Assembly (NCBI GenBank): GCA_965214705.1
Contig: OZ243972.1
Coordinates: forward strand, 704,001 to 768,000
DNA: 64,000 bases
Source: Alphaproteobacteria bacterium
Lineage (GTDB): Bacteria; Pseudomonadota; Alphaproteobacteria; UBA828
Direction of reading: 5' to 3'
This document shows, piece after piece, positions 10,948 through 20,710 of the stretch. The number at the start of each line of letters is the position of its first letter. The first letter of the stretch is position 1. The notes below the pieces were generated by a model. That model worked only from the letters and a program-made list of their open reading frames with translations. It was not told where the DNA came from and made no database searches. The position numbers were made by a program, and so were the translations under genes.

Positions 10948-10996
10948 GGCAGGTGGCACGTGCCTCCTTCGGCGCTCTCGTGGGCCGCCTTCGGTT

Positions 10997-11038
10997 AAGG
11001 GTTGGGCAGGCTCTCTCTCGAGAGCCTGCCCAACCCTT
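10997..11038. other. Perfect 19-bp-stem hairpin downstream of the IS91 transposase
   Basis: AAGGGTTGGGCAGGCTCTC-TCTC-GAGAGCCTGCCCAACCCTT. Confidence 0.85.
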
Positions 11039-11300
11039 TTGAACGAAGCCGCGGGCCACGAGAGGCGAAGTTGAGCTATGTGGAAAGTGCGCTGATGTCA
11101 GCGTCAGGCGGCATCCACCGGCAGCAGAGTTGCGCATAAAATCGACGCTCGCGCCGGTCTTTCGGCAGGCATGCGGGCGCACGCTGCGAGGACTGAGCGG
11201 GGTGTGAGCCGAGGGCTGTCAGCCCGGCTCAAGCGGAGACAGGTTCGGTCGTGCGTCGGCGCTTTGGCGCCGTTGCGCGGGGCCGAAGCGAGCGGGCGTC

Positions 11301-12542
11301 TCACGGTTTCCCCCTGTGGGTCGGCGGCAGCGCCGGCGGGCCGCGCGTCGAGCGGGGCTCATGGCGGCGGCGGATTTCGCGGACGAGGCGCATGACGCCG
11401 CCGCAGTGGGGGCAGGCCACGGGCGCGGTGCCGATCTCGGGCTCTTCGTCGGGCTCGGCCTGAGCGCCGTCCACGCTTCCCTCGGGGGCGGCGCAGCCGA
11501 GGGCGCCGAGAGCCTGGCGTGCTCTCTCCAGCGTGCTGGCGCGGCAGCCGTTGGCGAGGATGCCAAAGTAGCGAATGCGGTGCATGCCGTCCGGCAGGAC
11601 GTGCCTCAGGAAGCGGCGGATGAACTCGTCGGCGCTCACGGTGGCGATGCCGTAGCGCGGCTTTCTCTGCCCCGGCGCCTTGGGCTTTCGGTGGCGGAAG
11701 GAGACCGTCTCGCCGTCGAAGGAGACGATGCGGCTGTCGGAGATGGCGATCCTGTGCGTGTAGTGCGAGAGGTACCGGAAGACCTGCTCAGGCCCGCGGA
11801 AGGGCCGCTTGGCGTAGACCACCCAGTCCCTGGCCCGGGCGGCGGCAAGCGTGGCGTGGAACTCGCCGGGATTGGCGAGGTGGGCGAGGGTGCCGTGGAA
11901 CTCCAGGTCCCCCCGGCCGTGGGCGCGGGCGAGCTCCTTGAGGAAGAGGCGGCGGAACAGGCTGCCGAGGACCTTGACGGGGGCGAGGAAGGTGGTGCTC
12001 CCCGTCTTCCACTCGCCACTGTCTACGTCGAAGCCCGCGTTGGGCACGACCACGTGCAGGTGCGGGTGGAAGCGGAGCTTCTGATCCCAGGTATGGAGGA
12101 CCGCGGTGCCGCCGATGCGCATGCCGCCGTGGCGGGGATCGGCGGCGATGGTGCGCAGGGTCTCGGCGACGGCCCGGAAGAGGATGTCGAACACCACCCT
12201 GCGGTTGCAGAAGGCAATGGCGGCAACCTCCTTGGGCAGGGTGAAGACCACATGGAAGTAGGGCACCGGCAGGATGTCCCCGGCGCGCTCCTCGCTCCAG
12301 AGGTTGGCGGCGAGACCCTGGCAGGTGGGGCAGTGGCGGTTGCGGCAGGAGTTGAAGAGCGGATGCTCGCGCCCGCAGCCCTCGCAGGCGTACATGTGGC
12401 CGCCGAGCACGGCGGTGCGGCACGCCTCGATGGCGCCCATGACCTTGAGCCGGGCGGCGTCGATGCGCCCTTTGTGGCGCTCACGGAAAGCGGCGCCGGC
12501 GCGGCGGAAGATCTCCGCCACGCCCGCGCGTTCGGCCTCCAC
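11301..12542 (-). CDS. IS91-family (Y2 HUH) transposase
   Basis: Zn-binding CRT...C..C...SCRNRHCPTC, YFHVVFTLP, HUH motif HPHLHV, Y2 motif YLSHYTHR, HRIRYFG. Confidence 0.95.
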   Translation of the reverse strand: MEAERAGVAEIFRRAGAAFRERHKGRIDAARLKVMGAIEACRTAVLGGHMYACEGCGREHPLFNSCRNRHCPTCQGLAANLWSEERAGDILPVPYFHVVFTLPKEVAAIAFCNRRVVFDILFRAVAETLRTIAADPRHGGMRIGGTAVLHTWDQKLRFHPHLHVVVPNAGFDVDSGEWKTGSTTFLAPVKVLGSLFRRLFLKELARAHGRGDLEFHGTLAHLANPGEFHATLAAARARDWVVYAKRPFRGPEQVFRYLSHYTHRIAISDSRIVSFDGETVSFRHRKPKAPGQRKPRYGIATVSADEFIRRFLRHVLPDGMHRIRYFGILANGCRASTLERARQALGALGCAAPEGSVDGAQAEPDEEPEIGTAPVACPHCGGVMRLVREIRRRHEPRSTRGPPALPPTHRGKP

Positions 12543-12548
12543 GCGCCG

Positions 12549-13427
12549 TCAGTTGCGCAACGCTGCGAAGCCTGAGATCGGGTGGTCGAGGCCCTCGAAC
12601 ATCTTGCCGGTGACGCGGGCGTAGTGACGGGTCGTGTTCGCGCTTCGATGGCCGAGCATGTCCCGGATCACCTCGATATCGCCGCCGCGCTCGAGGAGAT
12701 GGGTCGCCGCCGAATGGCGCAGGCAATGGAAGGTGTAGCTGCGGTCGAGCTCGGCAATGTCGCGCGCCCTCCTGAAGGCGGCCTGCAAGGTCTCCGTTGC
12801 GATGGGCCTGTCGAGCGAGACGCCGTAGAAGAGCCAGTTCGTCGGACGCGGCCAGATGTTCCTGTAGTAGACGCGCAAGTAGTGGATGACGATGTCCGGC
12901 AACGGTGCCATTCTCTCGGTGCCGCCTTTGCCGGAGGGGATGTGCAGCAGCTTCTTCTCCGACAGGATGTCGCCGACCTTGATGGCCAAGGTCTCGGAGA
13001 TGCGGAGCCCGCCGCCATAGCCGGTGACAATGGCAGCACGGTGGCGGAGGTCGGGTGTCGCAAGGATGAGGTGCTCGACCTCCTGCTCCGACATGTAGCG
13101 CGGCAGCTTGCCGGGCTTCTTGCGGGAGCGCAGGCCGGCGACATGGTCAGGCCAGCCGAGTGTGTCGATGTAGAGGAAGTTCAGCGCGGCGAAGGAGACG
13201 TTGGTCGTGCCCGGACTGAGCCCCTTGTCGATCCGCCCCAGGTACCACTGGCGCACCTGCTCGGCGTCGAGCTCGTCCGGCGAGGCGTCGTAGTACCTGG
13301 CCAGGTTCTTGATCTCGCAGATGTAGGCCTTGGACGTGCTCGCGGCCAGATTGGCGATGCGGAGCTGCTCCTCCATGCGCTGGCGAAGAGGGGTGACGGT
13401 GTTCGTGTCGCACGCGGTCCCGGTCAT
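12549..13427 (-). CDS. Tyrosine recombinase/integrase
   Basis: TPLRQRM N-terminus; GLRISE (R), GKGG (K), HCLRHS, LGH, RHYARV (Y). Confidence 0.93.
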   Translation of the reverse strand: MTGTACDTNTVTPLRQRMEEQLRIANLAASTSKAYICEIKNLARYYDASPDELDAEQVRQWYLGRIDKGLSPGTTNVSFAALNFLYIDTLGWPDHVAGLRSRKKPGKLPRYMSEQEVEHLILATPDLRHRAAIVTGYGGGLRISETLAIKVGDILSEKKLLHIPSGKGGTERMAPLPDIVIHYLRVYYRNIWPRPTNWLFYGVSLDRPIATETLQAAFRRARDIAELDRSYTFHCLRHSAATHLLERGGDIEVIRDMLGHRSANTTRHYARVTGKMFEGLDHPISGFAALRN

Positions 13428-14054
13428 TATCGATCTCCCTGGATCGCGACGGCGCGCCGCCGGACCGATCCGGCGACGGTCCGTCGCAGGGGTCGATGCT
13501 AACCACTGGTGATCGGGAGGCTGCTGGGGATCCGCCACCCGACGGGCGGAGCGCCACTGACGCAACCGGGAAGCGAACGCACAGAACAAACGGCACCCGC
13601 GACGCCTCGGAAATGAATGAACTCTACGCCGCTAACTCCGCGTAGCGGCTTCGTTCAAAGTGCTTTTCGTCAGGCCGCGCGAGAAATCAAGGAACAGGAC
13701 GCCTTCATCTTTAACGAAGAGGCCGCCAGCCTCGGCAACCCTTACCCGCTACTCCCATCGCGATCAGGATAGCGCTGGCCGTTTGGCCACAGCCGCGTGC
13801 GCAGGCCGCACAGATTATCCGCGACCGGTGCCCGGTCTCGAGGAGGGTTCGCGCGAGGGCGAGCTCGCTGTCGTCCGTGGCCTGGGCCGCGAGAATGTTC
13901 CTGTAGTCGCGGTCGCGGAGGTCGCGAACGCCGTCGGGTCAGCGCTTGGCGATCTCGTCTTCCGACTTAAACTCCGCTAGCGCCAAGGTTGTCGCCGGAG
14001 CGTCCGCATGACCCGGCCGCTGCGCGTGGACCACCCTCGGGCCATCGTCAGCAA

Positions 14055-14078
14055 GGCCCACTTAGTGGGGGCAAACCA
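14055..14078 (+). mobile_element. Isolated IS3-family (IS407-like) terminal repeat remnant
   Basis: GGCCCACTTAGTGGGGGCAAACCA resembles ...CCAC....TGGGGGC....CA IS3 ends; no intact transposase nearby. Confidence 0.4.
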
Positions 14079-14126
14079 GGGCTAATAGCCAGCTTTGGCA
14101 AACCGATCCGTTTCGTTATTCCCTGC

Positions 14127-15113
14127 TCAGCCCTGGATCTTGCCGCCGCGGCCATAGACCAGCAGCATCACAATTATCACGCCGCCGTAGATGATCTGCC
14201 GCCCGGCCTCCTGCATCTGCATCACCGACAACATGCTGGAAAGGAGCGTCAGCAGCACGACGCCCATGACCGTGCCTGAATAGGTGCCGCGCCCACCCAG
14301 AATATGAGTGCCGCCCAGCACGACGGCGGCGATGGTGGGCAGGAGGTAGGGATCCCCCATCGCCTGGTAGGCCTGGTTGGCATAGCCCGCCAGCAGCATG
14401 CCGCCGACGGCGCTGCACGTCCCCGCCCAGACGAAACAGAAGACCAGCACCAGCCGGGTACGCACGCCCGAGAGATAGGTCGCCGTCTCGCGGTTGCCGA
14501 TGGCGTAGATGTAGCGCCCCAGCGGCGTCATCTTGAGGATGAACACCGCGACGATGGCGACGATGGCCCAGACGTAGATGGCATTCGGGATGCTGAGCAC
14601 GGCGCGCCCGACGCTGGCAGCCCGCATGAATTCCGTCGGCGCGCCCGTGGGCGCGAAGCCTCCAGTGTAGAACACCGAAATGCCGAGAATCAGGGCGTTC
14701 ATGCCGAGGGTCCAGATCATCGACGGCGCGCGCAGGTAGGCGACGCCGAGGCCGTTGAGCAGGCCCACCAGGGCGCCGAAGGCGAGCCCCGCGGGCACCG
14801 CGGCGAGCGAAAGCGGGCCGGTGCCCTCGATGCCGGCAAGCGCGGTCGCGACGATCGCCGCCCCGGTGAAGGTCCAGGGTATCGAGAGATCGATGTGGCC
14901 GAGCAGGATCACCAGCATCGCGCCCGTGGCGAGGACGCCGAGGAAGGAGGCGATCTGAAGCTGCTGCAGCAGATAGGTCGCCGTCAGCACCTGCGGGAAA
15001 TAGGCGCTGCCTGCGAAAATCAGGGCCAGGATGAAGCAGAACGCCACCAGCACCGGGCGGTCGACGCGCTTCAAGGCGGCAGACGCGGGCCCTTGCAGGC
15101 GGAGTACGCGCAT
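14127..15113 (-). CDS. Sugar (CUT2/Rbs-type) ABC transporter permease
   Basis: GHIDLS, GRYIYAIGN, IAAVVLGGT...GG.G. Confidence 0.92.
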   Translation of the reverse strand: MRVLRLQGPASAALKRVDRPVLVAFCFILALIFAGSAYFPQVLTATYLLQQLQIASFLGVLATGAMLVILLGHIDLSIPWTFTGAAIVATALAGIEGTGPLSLAAVPAGLAFGALVGLLNGLGVAYLRAPSMIWTLGMNALILGISVFYTGGFAPTGAPTEFMRAASVGRAVLSIPNAIYVWAIVAIVAVFILKMTPLGRYIYAIGNRETATYLSGVRTRLVLVFCFVWAGTCSAVGGMLLAGYANQAYQAMGDPYLLPTIAAVVLGGTHILGGRGTYSGTVMGVVLLTLLSSMLSVMQMQEAGRQIIYGGVIIVMLLVYGRGGKIQG

Positions 15114-15117
15114 CGCC

Positions 15118-16092
15118 TTAGTCCATGACCTCGAGGCGGTTGCGGATGCGCACCACGCGCAAGGCCGCAAGCGCCACCGCGCCCAGGAGTATGATGCCCT
15201 CGAACAAGGGCTGGGCCAGAGGCGGCGCACCTGCGAAGAACATCACGCCGTTGATGGTGCGCAGGATGTAGGCGCCGAAGATCGAGCCGATGACCCCGCC
15301 GATTCCGCCATAAAGGGACGTGCCGCCGATCACCACCGCGGCAATCGAGTTGAGGGTGTAGGGCACGCCGATCAGCGCATCGCCGCTGAATGTTTGAAAG
15401 CCGAGGAAAAGCCCGCCGATCGCCGCGAACAGGCCGGCGAGCGAGTAGGCTGCGAGCTTCGACCGGTCGACCCGCACGCCGGACATATAGGCCGCAACCT
15501 CCGACGAGCCCGCGGCATAGACGCCGCGGCCCAGCACGGAGTTCTTGAACGGAACCCAGATCAGCACCACGACCGCCACGATCAGCAGGAGCGAGGTCGG
15601 CACGACCCCGAAGGTTTCGTAGGTCATTGCCTCGCTCAGCACGTCGTCGATCTCGCCGCCCGGAATGGGGCGGATCAGCAGCGCCAGCCCAGTGTAGACG
15701 GCGCCGCTCGCAAGTGTGGCGATGATCGGCTGGATGCGGCCGTAGACCACGACGATGCCGTTAATCAGGCCGCAGGCGAAGCCCGTGAGCAGCACCAGAA
15801 TGACTCCGAGCGCGACCCGCTCCGGCGAGCCGTTGACGACTTCCGAGGCAAGCGCATTGCAGAGCGCGAGGATCGAGCCGATTGAAAGATCGAGCCCGCC
15901 CGTGAGCACGGGCAGCGTCTGGCCCATTGCAACAAAGGCAAGCGCCGCGCCGGTGTTGGATGCCGTCGTCATGACGTAAACCGACGGCCCTCGCGGGTGG
16001 AGCGAGAGAAACACCGCAAAGAGGATGAGGAAAATCGTGATCGCGAGCACCGCGCCGTAGTTCTGACGCAGGTGAAGGAACAGGCCGCTCAT
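15118..16092 (-). CDS. Sugar (CUT2/Rbs-type) ABC transporter permease
   Basis: TGGLDLSIG, IAAVVIGGTSL.GG.G. Confidence 0.92.
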   Translation of the reverse strand: MSGLFLHLRQNYGAVLAITIFLILFAVFLSLHPRGPSVYVMTTASNTGAALAFVAMGQTLPVLTGGLDLSIGSILALCNALASEVVNGSPERVALGVILVLLTGFACGLINGIVVVYGRIQPIIATLASGAVYTGLALLIRPIPGGEIDDVLSEAMTYETFGVVPTSLLLIVAVVVLIWVPFKNSVLGRGVYAAGSSEVAAYMSGVRVDRSKLAAYSLAGLFAAIGGLFLGFQTFSGDALIGVPYTLNSIAAVVIGGTSLYGGIGGVIGSIFGAYILRTINGVMFFAGAPPLAQPLFEGIILLGAVALAALRVVRIRNRLEVMD

Positions 16093-17639
16093 CCGGCGGC
16101 GTCCTTGTGCGCCTCGTCCAGCGCCAGGTTTAGCGATGCGCGGACGATGTTGCGCTCGGTGATCTCTTCGCCCGCAAACACGTGCTGGACCGCGCCCTGA
16201 TAGAGAATGAAGACGCGGTCGCACATGCCGATCAGCTCGTCATAGTCCGAGGTGTAGAAGAGGATAGTGGCGCCCTCGTCGGCGAGTTGGCGCATGAGTG
16301 CGTAGAGCTCTTGCTTGGTGCCGACATCGATTCCCCGGGTCGGGTCCATGAGCAGCAGGATTTTGGCTTCGGTGACCAGCCATTTGGCGATCACGACCTT
16401 TTGCTGATTACCACCGGAAAGGCTGGCGACGGCATCGCGGACATTGCCAATCCTGATATTGAGCCGCTCGACCAGCTCGTCCACGCGCGCGCCCTCGCGC
16501 TTGCGATCGATGACCACGTGGCGCATCATCTTGCTGAGACCCGCAATGGTCAGGTTCTCGCGCACGCTCATCGGTAGCATGAGGCCTTCGGTTTTGCGGT
16601 CTTCAGGGATCATGGCGATCCCGCTACGCGGTGCCTTTGCCTGGGCCGGGCTGGAGATCCGCGCTCGCCTGCCGCCGATGCGGACCGCACCGCGCACCCC
16701 CCTGAGCGCGCCGAAGAGCGCAAGCAGGAGCTCTCGCTGTCCTTGGCCATCGAGGCCGCCGAGGCCAACGATTTCGCCCGGCGCAGCTGTGAGCGAAATG
16801 TCGCGGAGGCGGTCCTGCCAAGTCAGCTCCTCAATTTCGAGCGCGGGCTGCCCGTCGGGCGGCGCCTTGGGCCTGGGCGGATAGACCTGGCTGATCTCGC
16901 GCCCGATCATCATGTGCACGATCTCGTCGCGTGAGCGGTCGGCCTGCGGAAAGGTCTCGATGTGGCGGCCGTTGCGGAACACCGAACACGTATCGGCGAT
17001 CGCCTCGATCTCCGTCATCCGATGCGAGATGTAGAGGATCGCGAGCCCTTCATCGCGCAGCTCCCGCAGGATGCGAAACACGGCCGCCACGTCGCGCGCG
17101 GTGAGCGCGGACGTGGCCTCGTCCAAGATCAGGACCTTGGGATCGCGCGCGAGCGCGGTCGCAAGCTCCACCAGCTGGCGGCGCGAGAGCGGCAGGTTAC
17201 GCGCGCGCTCCAGCGGATCGATGTCCTCGCAGCCGACACGGGCGAGCAAAGCCTCGGCGCGCCGGCGCTGGCGGCGCCGGTCGATGAAGCCCCATTTGCC
17301 CGGCGGGCGCGTGATAAAGATATTGTCTGCGACCGAGAGATCCGGAACCAACGACAGCTCCTGAAAGACGCAGACGATGCCCTGCCGCATGGCCTCGGGC
17401 GGCGTCGCGAAGCGGACCTCCTCGCCAGCAAGCCGCATCGTGCCGGCGTCGGGTCGGACGACACCGGCGGCGATCTTGATAAGCGTGCTCTTCCCCGCGC
17501 CGTTCTCGCCCAGCACCGCATGGATCGAATGGCGGCGGCAGGCGAAGTCAACGTCCTGTAACGCGTGCACGCCGCCATAATGCTTGGCGATCCCGACCAT
17601 TTCGAGGAACGGCGCATCGGCACCGCCTCGATCAGACAC
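16089..17639 (-). CDS. Sugar ABC transporter ATP-binding protein (double domain)
   Basis: GENGAGKSTL, DEAT, PEDRK.EGL, LSGGNQQKV, DPTRGIDVG. Confidence 0.94.
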   Translation of the reverse strand: MSDRGGADAPFLEMVGIAKHYGGVHALQDVDFACRRHSIHAVLGENGAGKSTLIKIAAGVVRPDAGTMRLAGEEVRFATPPEAMRQGIVCVFQELSLVPDLSVADNIFITRPPGKWGFIDRRRQRRRAEALLARVGCEDIDPLERARNLPLSRRQLVELATALARDPKVLILDEATSALTARDVAAVFRILRELRDEGLAILYISHRMTEIEAIADTCSVFRNGRHIETFPQADRSRDEIVHMMIGREISQVYPPRPKAPPDGQPALEIEELTWQDRLRDISLTAAPGEIVGLGGLDGQGQRELLLALFGALRGVRGAVRIGGRRARISSPAQAKAPRSGIAMIPEDRKTEGLMLPMSVRENLTIAGLSKMMRHVVIDRKREGARVDELVERLNIRIGNVRDAVASLSGGNQQKVVIAKWLVTEAKILLLMDPTRGIDVGTKQELYALMRQLADEGATILFYTSDYDELIGMCDRVFILYQGAVQHVFAGEEITERNIVRASLNLALDEAHKDAAG

Positions 17640-17658
17640 GGAAAAATCCCGAAAGGCG

Positions 17659-17685
17659 GGTTCGCCCGCGCGTGGCGGGCGAACC
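17659..17685. other. Intergenic stem-loop after the substrate-binding gene
   Basis: GGTTCGCCCGC-GCGTG-GCGGGCGAACC; position typical of an mRNA-stabilising hairpin. Confidence 0.6.
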
Positions 17686-17698
17686 GCGCGTCACCGAA

Positions 17699-18817
17699 CT
17701 ACTCGTCTTCCGCGGTCTCGGCCAGCACTTCCTCGGCAGTGAGCGCCGGGCCACAGGCAGGAAATCCGCTCCCCAGGTTGATCACGTCGGGAAGATCCGG
17801 GAAGTAATTGACACCCTCCTCCAGATCCTCGCTCAGCACATAGGGCAGCGGGAGCGCGATCATCGCCGGCAGCTCGTGGCCCTTGAGCAGCGCGATCGCA
17901 GCCTGCATGGCGATGGCTGACATCGCCGGTGCCTGGGTGACCGAGGCGCCCGGCACGTTGTGCTTCGCCATCAACTTGCGGGCGCCGTTTTCGCCGTCGC
18001 CACCGATCGGGACAATTTCGTGGCCAGCGTTGAGGATGGCGTTAATTGCGCCGACGGTGCCGTGTTGGAGCACCATGCCGTCGAAATGTCCGTGGGTTGC
18101 GATGGCGTCTGCCACGACCTTTTGCACGGTGCCGGTGTCCCAGTTGCCGATCACCGTGACCACCTCGACGTCCTCGATCGGGTCGAACACCAGGTGCATA
18201 CCGATCGAGCGGTCGCGATCCACAGAGTTGCCGGGCAGCCCCCGCACCTCGAGCACCTTGCCGCTCTTCCTCACCATATGCTTGACCACAGCCCGCGCCT
18301 TGGTCCCTTCGAGCTCGAGCTGAGGCTCGTTGAGCTGCACCACCTCGTCGGTGTCGAGAATGTTGTCGAACGGCACCAGTATCGTGCCCGCGCGCTTGGC
18401 GCGCTTTATCACACCGGTGAACGCCGTCGGGTTGACGGCGATAAAGATGATCGCATCGAAGCCGGCCGCGATCATGTTGTCGATCGCCGAAATTTGGGCC
18501 GCCACGTCGGTGCCGGTGCTGACGATTTTGAGCTCGGCGATGTCCTTGGCGTTCTCCGGCCGTCTGGCCCACGCCTTGAGGCTCTGGATCATCTCGATGC
18601 GCCAGTCATTGCCGGCGAACCCGTTGGCAAGCGCGACACGGTACGGCCCCTCGCGCTCGGGGTAGCTGATCGTGGGCGTGTTTTCGTCCCACGGCGCGAA
18701 GCAGTCCGGCAACGGATTGGGCTTTTGCGCCAAGGCGTCGCCGGCGCCCACGGCTATGCCGAGGGCCAGTGCGGCGGCAGCAAGCCAGCGCAGCGGCTTC
18801 AGACGTTTCCCCGTCAT
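17699..18817 (-). CDS. Sugar ABC transporter substrate-binding protein
   Basis: Signal peptide; NGFAGNDWR, QISAIDNMI, periplasmic binding protein type I pattern. Confidence 0.9.
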   Translation of the reverse strand: MTGKRLKPLRWLAAAALALGIAVGAGDALAQKPNPLPDCFAPWDENTPTISYPEREGPYRVALANGFAGNDWRIEMIQSLKAWARRPENAKDIAELKIVSTGTDVAAQISAIDNMIAAGFDAIIFIAVNPTAFTGVIKRAKRAGTILVPFDNILDTDEVVQLNEPQLELEGTKARAVVKHMVRKSGKVLEVRGLPGNSVDRDRSIGMHLVFDPIEDVEVVTVIGNWDTGTVQKVVADAIATHGHFDGMVLQHGTVGAINAILNAGHEIVPIGGDGENGARKLMAKHNVPGASVTQAPAMSAIAMQAAIALLKGHELPAMIALPLPYVLSEDLEEGVNYFPDLPDVINLGSGFPACGPALTAEEVLAETAEDE

Positions 18818-19481
18818 CTTCCATCTCCCTGTCACGGCTGCGGTGCGGGACAATGGGTGCCATTCACGGATCCCGAATTCTCGGATATCCCTACCGGATC
18901 GAACCTCCCACACCGGAGAGCCTTATTGTCAGTTTGTTGGCACCGGCCCCCGGATGCGGAATGATCAGAGAAAGCAGGCCACGCGTCAACGCCGGGGGGC
19001 ACGCGTCCAGATCACCCGGCCGCTTGGCGTGAAGCATTAATCCGCTTCCGTTAACGGCAGCTCTCTGGAGTGGGCACTGTCGGAGGGAATTTAATTCGGA
19101 GCTCTCTCTAACATGCTGAATCTTCTCTATCTTTTGGCTTGTTTTCCTGGCCGCTCCACACTTGGCCCGACACCATCGCTTGAGTCATTAGCACCCCCCT
19201 CCCCGAGCCAATTCTGCGCCCCGCCCAAACAGTTCAGTCGTGGTGCATTGCCGCTGCGCCCACGTAAAACTTTGAGGAGCCGCTAATCGGTACGCCGGTT
19301 CATCCCGTAGATATTTTCGCGGGGAGCGCTGATCGACTTGTCCACATCGCTCAACTGCAAGTGCGAGAGCCTCGCATTTCTCCGGAATTGTGGTCACCAT
19401 CGCAATGTATGACATTGATCGGCGTGCGAGAGCCAGAGCGGCTCGGGTGCAAACAAAAAGACATGACAGGAAGCAAGACAT

Positions 19482-20567
19482 TCAGGATTGCGTCTCTCCC
19501 GCCGCACGGATGCAGGCAGCGAACGGGGCGTGGATTCCGGTGAGATAGAAGGACTCGAAGTCGCCCGCCCCGGAGTTCTGGCAGAGCGTTGCGCTCACGC
19601 CGGAGGCTTCGTGGTGGCCCGTGCAGGTGGTATGGCCCGGTAGCTGGCCGATGTGGCCCTTGATATCGAGCCCGTCGATCGTGGACACCAGGATACCGTG
19701 GCCGTTCGCCGTGATCGGCGCGCCGGGGAAGCTCGCCTCCTTCAGATTGCCAGCCATTTCGTGAAGACGGGTATCGTCCAGTACTAGGCCTGCGAAGAGA
19801 GCATGGATCCAGCGCATCAGATCGCGCGGGGTCGCGACGATGTCGCCTGCCGCGTTGGCGCCCGAGAGCGGAAACCAGCCGGTCGAATCCCAGCAGCCGT
19901 CAACCGGCTCGCCGGCGCCCGCAATGTCCCACTGGCCGTCCTCGTCCTCCTTGTGGAAGTAGGCGCGCGTCACACGCGCGGCGGGGTAGGGCTCGTCGGT
20001 GCCGACCCAGGTGTCTTGGAGACCCAGCGGCTCGAACAGGCGTGAACGCAGTGCCTGGCTGAGCGTGCTGCCCGTCTCCTGCTCGATGATCATGCCGGCG
20101 AGGATGTAGCCGGTGTTGTTGTACTGCATCTGGCCCCAGGGCTCGCCCTGCTCCGTCATCTCGAAGGCGAAGTCCACGATTTCCTGCGGCGTCCAGACGC
20201 GGTCCGAGATCATCGGCATGTGGTTCTCGAACTCGGGCAGGCCGCTGCGGTGGTTGACGAGGATGCGAACCGGCAGGCGCTCCGCCTTGGGCAGGTCGGG
20301 GAACCAGCGGGTGATGGGCTCGTCGAGGTCGAGCCGGCCCTCCTGGGCGAGCTGCAGAAGACAGGCCGCGACATAGGTCTTGGTGCAACTCGCGATGCGG
20401 AAGAGATGATCGGGTGTCAGCGGCTCCTGTCGCGTACGATTGGCGAGCCCGCTCGCGATCAGAACTTCCTCCTCGTCCGGTGCTCGCAGCGCGAGCGAGA
20501 CGCCGACAATCCCCTGCGCCACGTAGTCGTCCACAATCCCCTGCAACCGTGTCCTGAGAGTACTCAT
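19482..20567 (-). CDS. Serine hydrolase (beta-lactamase/D-peptidase family)
   Basis: FRIASCTK (SxxK), NHRSGL, YNNTGY, GHIG. Confidence 0.9.
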   Translation of the reverse strand: MSTLRTRLQGIVDDYVAQGIVGVSLALRAPDEEEVLIASGLANRTRQEPLTPDHLFRIASCTKTYVAACLLQLAQEGRLDLDEPITRWFPDLPKAERLPVRILVNHRSGLPEFENHMPMISDRVWTPQEIVDFAFEMTEQGEPWGQMQYNNTGYILAGMIIEQETGSTLSQALRSRLFEPLGLQDTWVGTDEPYPAARVTRAYFHKEDEDGQWDIAGAGEPVDGCWDSTGWFPLSGANAAGDIVATPRDLMRWIHALFAGLVLDDTRLHEMAGNLKEASFPGAPITANGHGILVSTIDGLDIKGHIGQLPGHTTCTGHHEASGVSATLCQNSGAGDFESFYLTGIHAPFAACIRAAGETQS

Positions 20568-20710
20568 GGCCCGCTCCCCCAAATGGTCCTCGTTCCGTCC
20601 CATGGTCGCACAACGGCGCGGCAAGTGCCTCATTCCGTGCTTGCTCGTTGGTTTTGGCACGGCAATCGTCCATACTTTCCGGGACACGGGCCCATGGCGT
20701 GGAGACGGCT

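Larger units (their letters stand above)
11038..13659 (-). mobile_element. IS91-family element with tyrosine recombinase (minimum extent)
   Basis: Integrase-transposase operon bracketed by TTTGAACGAAGCCGC (11038-11052) and its exact reverse complement (13645-13659). The true downstream end may extend to ~10950. Confidence 0.8.

Noticed and set aside
10819-14078. The two IS3-like ends as a matched pair forming one composite element
   Set aside because: They align poorly as inverted repeats and no target duplication was seen.
19070-19480. AT-richer intergenic stretch beginning GGCACTGTCGGA (IS6-like end?)
   Set aside because: No partner repeat or recognisable transposase could be identified.
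20655-20670. Sigma54-like TGGCACG upstream of the C69 gene
   Set aside because: The -12 position reads TCGT rather than TTGC; too weak to call.
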